From the NCBI GenBank assembly GCA_965261595.1, contig CBDHDG010000002.1, positions 96,001 through 160,000 of the forward strand: a stretch of DNA of 64,000 nucleotides. Reading direction: 5' to 3'. Positions 60,255 to 64,000 of this stretch are shown one piece after another; position 1 is the first letter of the stretch; every line of letters begins with the position of its first letter. The notes beneath the pieces are model-generated. The model saw nothing but the letters and a program-made list of their open reading frames with translations. It was not told where the DNA came from and ran no database searches. Source of the stretch: a bacterium (GTDB lineage: Bacteria; UBA8248; JACPRG01; G963555815). A program made the translations under genes and the position numbers.

Positions 60255-60854
60255 TCATGAAGTCCCGGGCGTCTCTCCGATGCGGACGCCTTCGAGCCCG
60301 AGCATCCGGGCTTTGGTCGAGACGCCGCCGGGCGCCGAGAATCCTCTCAGGTCCCCCCGGGACCCGATGACCCGGTGTCACGGAACGGCGATGGGAAGCC
60401 GGTTTTTGGCCATGACGACGCCCACCGCGCGGGCGGCCCCGGGCGAGCCGGCCGCGGTCGCCACCTGGCCGTACGTCCGGACCCGTCCCCAACCGATTTT
60501 CCGGGTCACGCGCGTCACCCGCCGGGAGAAGGGAGAAAGGTCCGAGAGGTCGAGGTCGAAGCTCAGCGTGACCGGTTTGCCTTCAAAGTAATCTTCGACC
60601 GATTGGATGACCCGTCGAAGAAAGGGGTTGGGGGGATTGCTCAACCGGGCATCCAAATCCCTCAACTCGGCCTCGACTTGTCCCCGGCTGTCGAGATGGA
60701 GGATCAGGCGGCGGAGACCTCGTTGGGTGGCGGCGGCGCCTGCCCAACCGAAGGCCGTCCGAAAAGCGGCGCCTTCGAGTCCGGAAGGAGGTTGGGGCCC
60801 CGGACCGGCTTTCGCATTTCGAGGGGGCTGATTGCGGCCGTTCGAAGCGGTCAT
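60255..60854 (-). CDS. ogt: Methylated-DNA--protein-cysteine methyltransferase, predicted selenoprotein (PUHRV, TGA 60380-60378)
   Basis: [75 protein letters not shown]. Confidence 0.88.
60347..60367 (-). promoter_or_regulatory. SECIS-like hairpin
   Basis: TCGGGTCCC-GGG-GGGACCTGA, 9-bp stem, loop 19 nt after the UGA. Confidence 0.7.
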
Positions 60855-61149
60855 CGATTTCTCCTTCACCCATAGGTCTTGTGCTTGCTACGCTGAAAGC
60901 GTACAGTATATAGTATCTTCGCGAAAGATAGTCTCCTGTCTGGCATGTCGAGTGGAGTTGGTGGTTCGCCCAGAAAGCGGCGGCGGATTGCGCGGATTAC
61001 GCCGGCGTTTCATTTCAAATCGGCCGTCCGTTTGTTTGAGGCGGGTTCGGTCCGTTGGTTTATGCGGACGCATGCAAGGCGCTGAGGTTTCACCGAGATC
61101 GCCGGAGAATCAGTCGGCCCGCGGCGCTTGAAAGGGAGAATGGATCTCC

Positions 61150-62409
61150 GTGAGACGAACACTTGAGGACATCGATCCGGAAATCGCCCGCGTTATCGAC
61201 CTTGAGCAGACCCGGCAGGAAGAAGGTCTCGAGCTCATCGCGTCGGAGAACTTCACAAGCGCGGCGGTGATGGAGGTCCAGGGGTCGGTCCTGACGAACA
61301 AGTACGCCGAAGGGCTGCCCGGCCGCCGGTATTACGGGGGCTGTGAGCATGTAGACACGGCCGAGAACCTTGCGCGCGAACGGGTCAAGGCCCTGTTCGG
61401 CGCCGCCCATGCCAACGTTCAACCTCATTCGGGGACGCAGGCGGTGACGGCCGGATACCTGGCTTTTATCCGTCCGGGCGACACCATCCTCGGCATGAAC
61501 CTGGCCCACGGAGGCCACCTGACCCACGGAAGTCCCGTCAGTATTTCCGGGGGCCTGTTCAACGTTGTCGCCTACGGCGTGGACCCGAAGACCGAGCGGA
61601 TCGACTTCGACGACGTTCGCTCCAAGGCGCGGGAACACCGTCCGGCCATGATCGTCGTCGGGGCGAGCGCCTACCCGCGCGTGATCGAGTTCGATCGGTT
61701 CCGGGAGATCGCCGATGAGGTGGGCGCGAAGGTCATGGTCGACATGGCCCATATCGCCGGCCTGATTGCGGCCGGAGCTCACCCCAATCCTGTTCCCCAT
61801 GCCGACGTTGTCGCCGCCACGACGCACAAGACGTTGCGCGGACCGCGCGGCGGGTTTGTGCTGACCAACGATGAGGAGACCGCGAAGGCGCTGAACAAGA
61901 AAGTCTTTCCGTACCTTCAGGGAGGCCCTTTGATGCACGTCATCGCGGCCAAGGCGGTGGCTTTCAAAGAGGCGGCGACGGAGGCGTTCCGGGACTATCA
62001 GCGGCAGATCGTGCGCAATGCCGCGGCGCTGGCCGACGCCCTGCTTTCGAGCGGAACCCCGCTCATCTCGGGGGGAACGGACAACCATCTCATGCTCGTC
62101 GATTTGCGCAAGAGTCCGGTGGACGGGAAGACCGCCCAGCTCGCCCTGGAAGCGGCCGGGATCACGGCGAACCGGAACGCCGTGCCGTTTGACGAGCGCT
62201 CCCCCTTCGTGGCCAGCGGGGTCCGGATCGGGACGCCCGCCGTGACGACCCGGGGAATGCGGGAAGAGGAGATGCGCCGGATCGGCCGGTGGATCTCGGA
62301 GATTTTGGGCGACGTGGAGAACACCGCCTTGCAGGCCAAGATCCGCGAGGACGTCCGGGAGCTCTGCGGAAGGTTTCCCCTCTATGCGGGAAGCCCGGCC
62401 GCGGCCTGA
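61150..62409 (+). CDS. glyA: Serine hydroxymethyltransferase
   Basis: [36 protein letters not shown]. Confidence 0.97.
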   Translation: MRRTLEDIDPEIARVIDLEQTRQEEGLELIASENFTSAAVMEVQGSVLTNKYAEGLPGRRYYGGCEHVDTAENLARERVKALFGAAHANVQPHSGTQAVTAGYLAFIRPGDTILGMNLAHGGHLTHGSPVSISGGLFNVVAYGVDPKTERIDFDDVRSKAREHRPAMIVVGASAYPRVIEFDRFREIADEVGAKVMVDMAHIAGLIAAGAHPNPVPHADVVAATTHKTLRGPRGGFVLTNDEETAKALNKKVFPYLQGGPLMHVIAAKAVAFKEAATEAFRDYQRQIVRNAAALADALLSSGTPLISGGTDNHLMLVDLRKSPVDGKTAQLALEAAGITANRNAVPFDERSPFVASGVRIGTPAVTTRGMREEEMRRIGRWISEILGDVENTALQAKIREDVRELCGRFPLYAGSPAAA

Positions 62410-62432
62410 GCCCTCCACGGGAGGTTTTTTTC

Positions 62433-62957
62433 ATGAAATGTCCATCGTGCGGCTCGACGGGAACGAAGGTCATCGACTCGCGCTTGACCAAGGACGGCAA
62501 CGCCATCCGCCGCCGCCGCGAATGTGAGAGCTGCGAGCGGCGCTTCACGACGTATGAGCGCCTGGAAGAGGTCTTTCCGCTTCTGGTGAAAAAGGACGGC
62601 CGGCGCGAGCCGTTCGAACGCGGCAAAGTCCTGGCCGGAATCCAGAAAGCGCTGGAGAAGCGCCCGGTGAGCGCGGATGTGCAGGAGGCGATGGTCGACC
62701 GGGTCGGGCGGTACATCCTCGAATCGGGGGAGAAAGAGATCCCCAGCGGGGTGATCGGCGAGCGGGTCATGGCCGCGCTCCGGGAAGTGGACCATGTGGC
62801 GTACGTGCGCTTCGCGTCCGTTTACAGGTCATTCAAGGATCTGGACGACTTCATGGTTCAACTGAAGGAGTTGTTGGCGGAGCATGCACACGGAAACGAC
62901 GCGGTGTCGGCGGACCTCGCGGCCGCGCGTTTCGAGGGGTCCTCTCCCGGCCCTTGA
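62433..62957 (+). CDS. nrdR: Transcriptional repressor NrdR
   Basis: [30 protein letters not shown] cone, [10 protein letters not shown]. Confidence 0.96.
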   Translation: MKCPSCGSTGTKVIDSRLTKDGNAIRRRRECESCERRFTTYERLEEVFPLLVKKDGRREPFERGKVLAGIQKALEKRPVSADVQEAMVDRVGRYILESGEKEIPSGVIGERVMAALREVDHVAYVRFASVYRSFKDLDDFMVQLKELLAEHAHGNDAVSADLAAARFEGSSPGP

Positions 62958-63114
62958 GATCGCCCCCTCTCCCTCCCCCCCCCCGGGTCAACCGAAAATT
63001 TACGATTTCCAGACATAACCGGGACATCAGGAATCCGCGCGTGTGGAAGAATGCCTTGCCGTCGGCCGGATTCCGTTCCATGTTGAGCGTGGCGCATGTC
63101 CTGGAGGAATTTCC

Positions 63115-63660
63115 ATGAAGACCTCAAGTCGAAGACTCTGGTGGGTGGTCGGGATCATCGGCCTTGCCCTGGCCTTGTGGTCCCTGTTCCCGACCTGGGT
63201 GCGGGTTTCCGCCGAATCTCTGATTGGCCGGCCGGCGCCGCCCATCCGGAGCAAGACGTGGATCAACTCCGCCCCCATCGAATGGTCCTCGCTTCGGGGA
63301 AAGGTCGTCCTGGTCGAGATGTGGACCTTCGGGTGAATCAACTGCCGGAATGAGATTCCGCAGTTGGCGGTCTGGCATAAGCAATACGCGAAACGCGGTT
63401 TGGTGATCATCGGCAATCACGCCCCCGAGTTCAGCCACGAGAAGAAGCTCGAAAACGTCCGGCGCGCGGTCAAGAGGCTGGGCGTGGAGTATCCGGTCTG
63501 CCTCGATAACGACTTCGCGAACTGGAAGGCCTCCCGGAACCGGTACTGGCCGACCCGGTACCTTGTCGATAAGAAGGGGGTCATCCGCTCCTTCCGGATC
63601 GGCGAGGGGGATCACGCGGCGACGGAGGCGATGATCGAGAGGCTGTTGGCGGAGAGTTGA
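63115..63660 (+). CDS. Membrane-anchored TlpA/DipZ-like thioredoxin, predicted selenoprotein (UxxC, TGA 63334-63336)
   Basis: GGAGG RBS; TM segment; WINS, LRGKVVLVEMWTFG-U-INC, HAPEF, DNDF, WPTRYLVDKKG, GEG. Confidence 0.9.
63339..63366 (+). promoter_or_regulatory. SECIS-like hairpin
   Basis: CAACTG-C-CGGAAT-GAG-ATTCCG-CAGTTG; 12 perfect base pairs with one bulge. Confidence 0.75.
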
Positions 63661-63753
63661 GTCCGGACCAGGGTCGAGGCCGGAGGGGGTTTCTCCCCCC
63701 TCCCCCTCCCCCTCCCCCCGAAGTCGAATCCGCCGGCTGGATGATCCGGCCGG

Positions 63754-63802
63754 AAATCCCGATGATTCGGAAGCCCCCGGATCATCGGGATTTTTTCTTT
63801 TT
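63754..63802 (+). terminator. Intrinsic terminator
   Basis: AAATCCCGATGATTCGG-N6-CCGGATCATCGGGATTT followed by a T-tract. Confidence 0.7.
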
Positions 63803-64000
63803 GCGTTTGGGGTTTCGCGGCCGTGCGGATTTGTATCCCTCCGCCCACTGGATTTCCACGGCTTTTTCCGCCCATTCGGCCAGGCGGTCCGGGTCTTCCA
63901 GGACATCGGCGGGCACCTCGTAATAGCTCTTGAGCGTCAACCTTTCGTTGGCCCGGAACGGCCCCATTCCTTGGGCGACGTATTCTTCCCGCGTGACCGC
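63782..64000 (-). CDS. TfoX/Sxy N-terminal domain family protein (5' truncated)
   Basis: GMGPF...SYYEVPADVLEDPDRLAEWA..A, basic tail. Confidence 0.75.
   Translation of the reverse strand, partial: AVTREEYVAQGMGPFRANERLTLKSYYEVPADVLEDPDRLAEWAEKAVEIQWAEGYKSARPRNPKRKKKKSR

Noticed and set aside
60901..60916. NrdR box or SOS box between ogt and glyA (GTACAGTATATAGTAT)
   Set aside because: Single site with a core mismatch and no partner box; CTG-N10-CAG spacing is not met. It may simply be a -10 element.
60870..61149. ZTP or glycine riboswitch upstream of glyA
   Set aside because: The conserved sequence motifs of these riboswitches were not found.
1..64000. CRISPR arrays, tRNA (including tRNA-Sec) and rRNA genes
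   Set aside because: None recognised by eye; a covariance-model scan would be needed to exclude them.

Overview
GC-rich bacterial chromosome segment; the taxon cannot be assigned from this window. Core genes fill both ends: ade, hup, amidase-der, an EF-G paralogue, aconitase-fumC, pheA-hisC-tyrA-cmk-rpsA-sppA-ihfB, miaA-aroK-aroC-aroA and glyA-nrdR. An accessory zone at about 16.5-39.5 kb holds two near-identical IS3-family copies, a second IS3-family element, an IS1380, RAYT-like transposase remnants with REP-like repeats, a lower-GC ABC-ATPase/TOPRIM-like gene pair and two caspase-domain genes that each carry one in-frame stop. The main hidden signal is four genes that the ORF track breaks at an in-frame TGA lying exactly at a catalytic Cys position, each followed by a SECIS-like hairpin. 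These are predicted selenoproteins: DsbA/FrnE-like (UPW), tandem AhpD/CMD-like (CxxU), TlpA/DipZ-like thioredoxin (UxxC) and an O6-alkylguanine-DNA alkyltransferase with PUHRV in place of PCHRV. Other signals are tandem NrdR-like boxes over the HU promoter, a single-ORF FseA-like activator and several apparent pseudo-enzymes. Some frameshifts fall in homopolymers and may be sequencing errors. All family assignments come from motif recognition by eye, not database searches.
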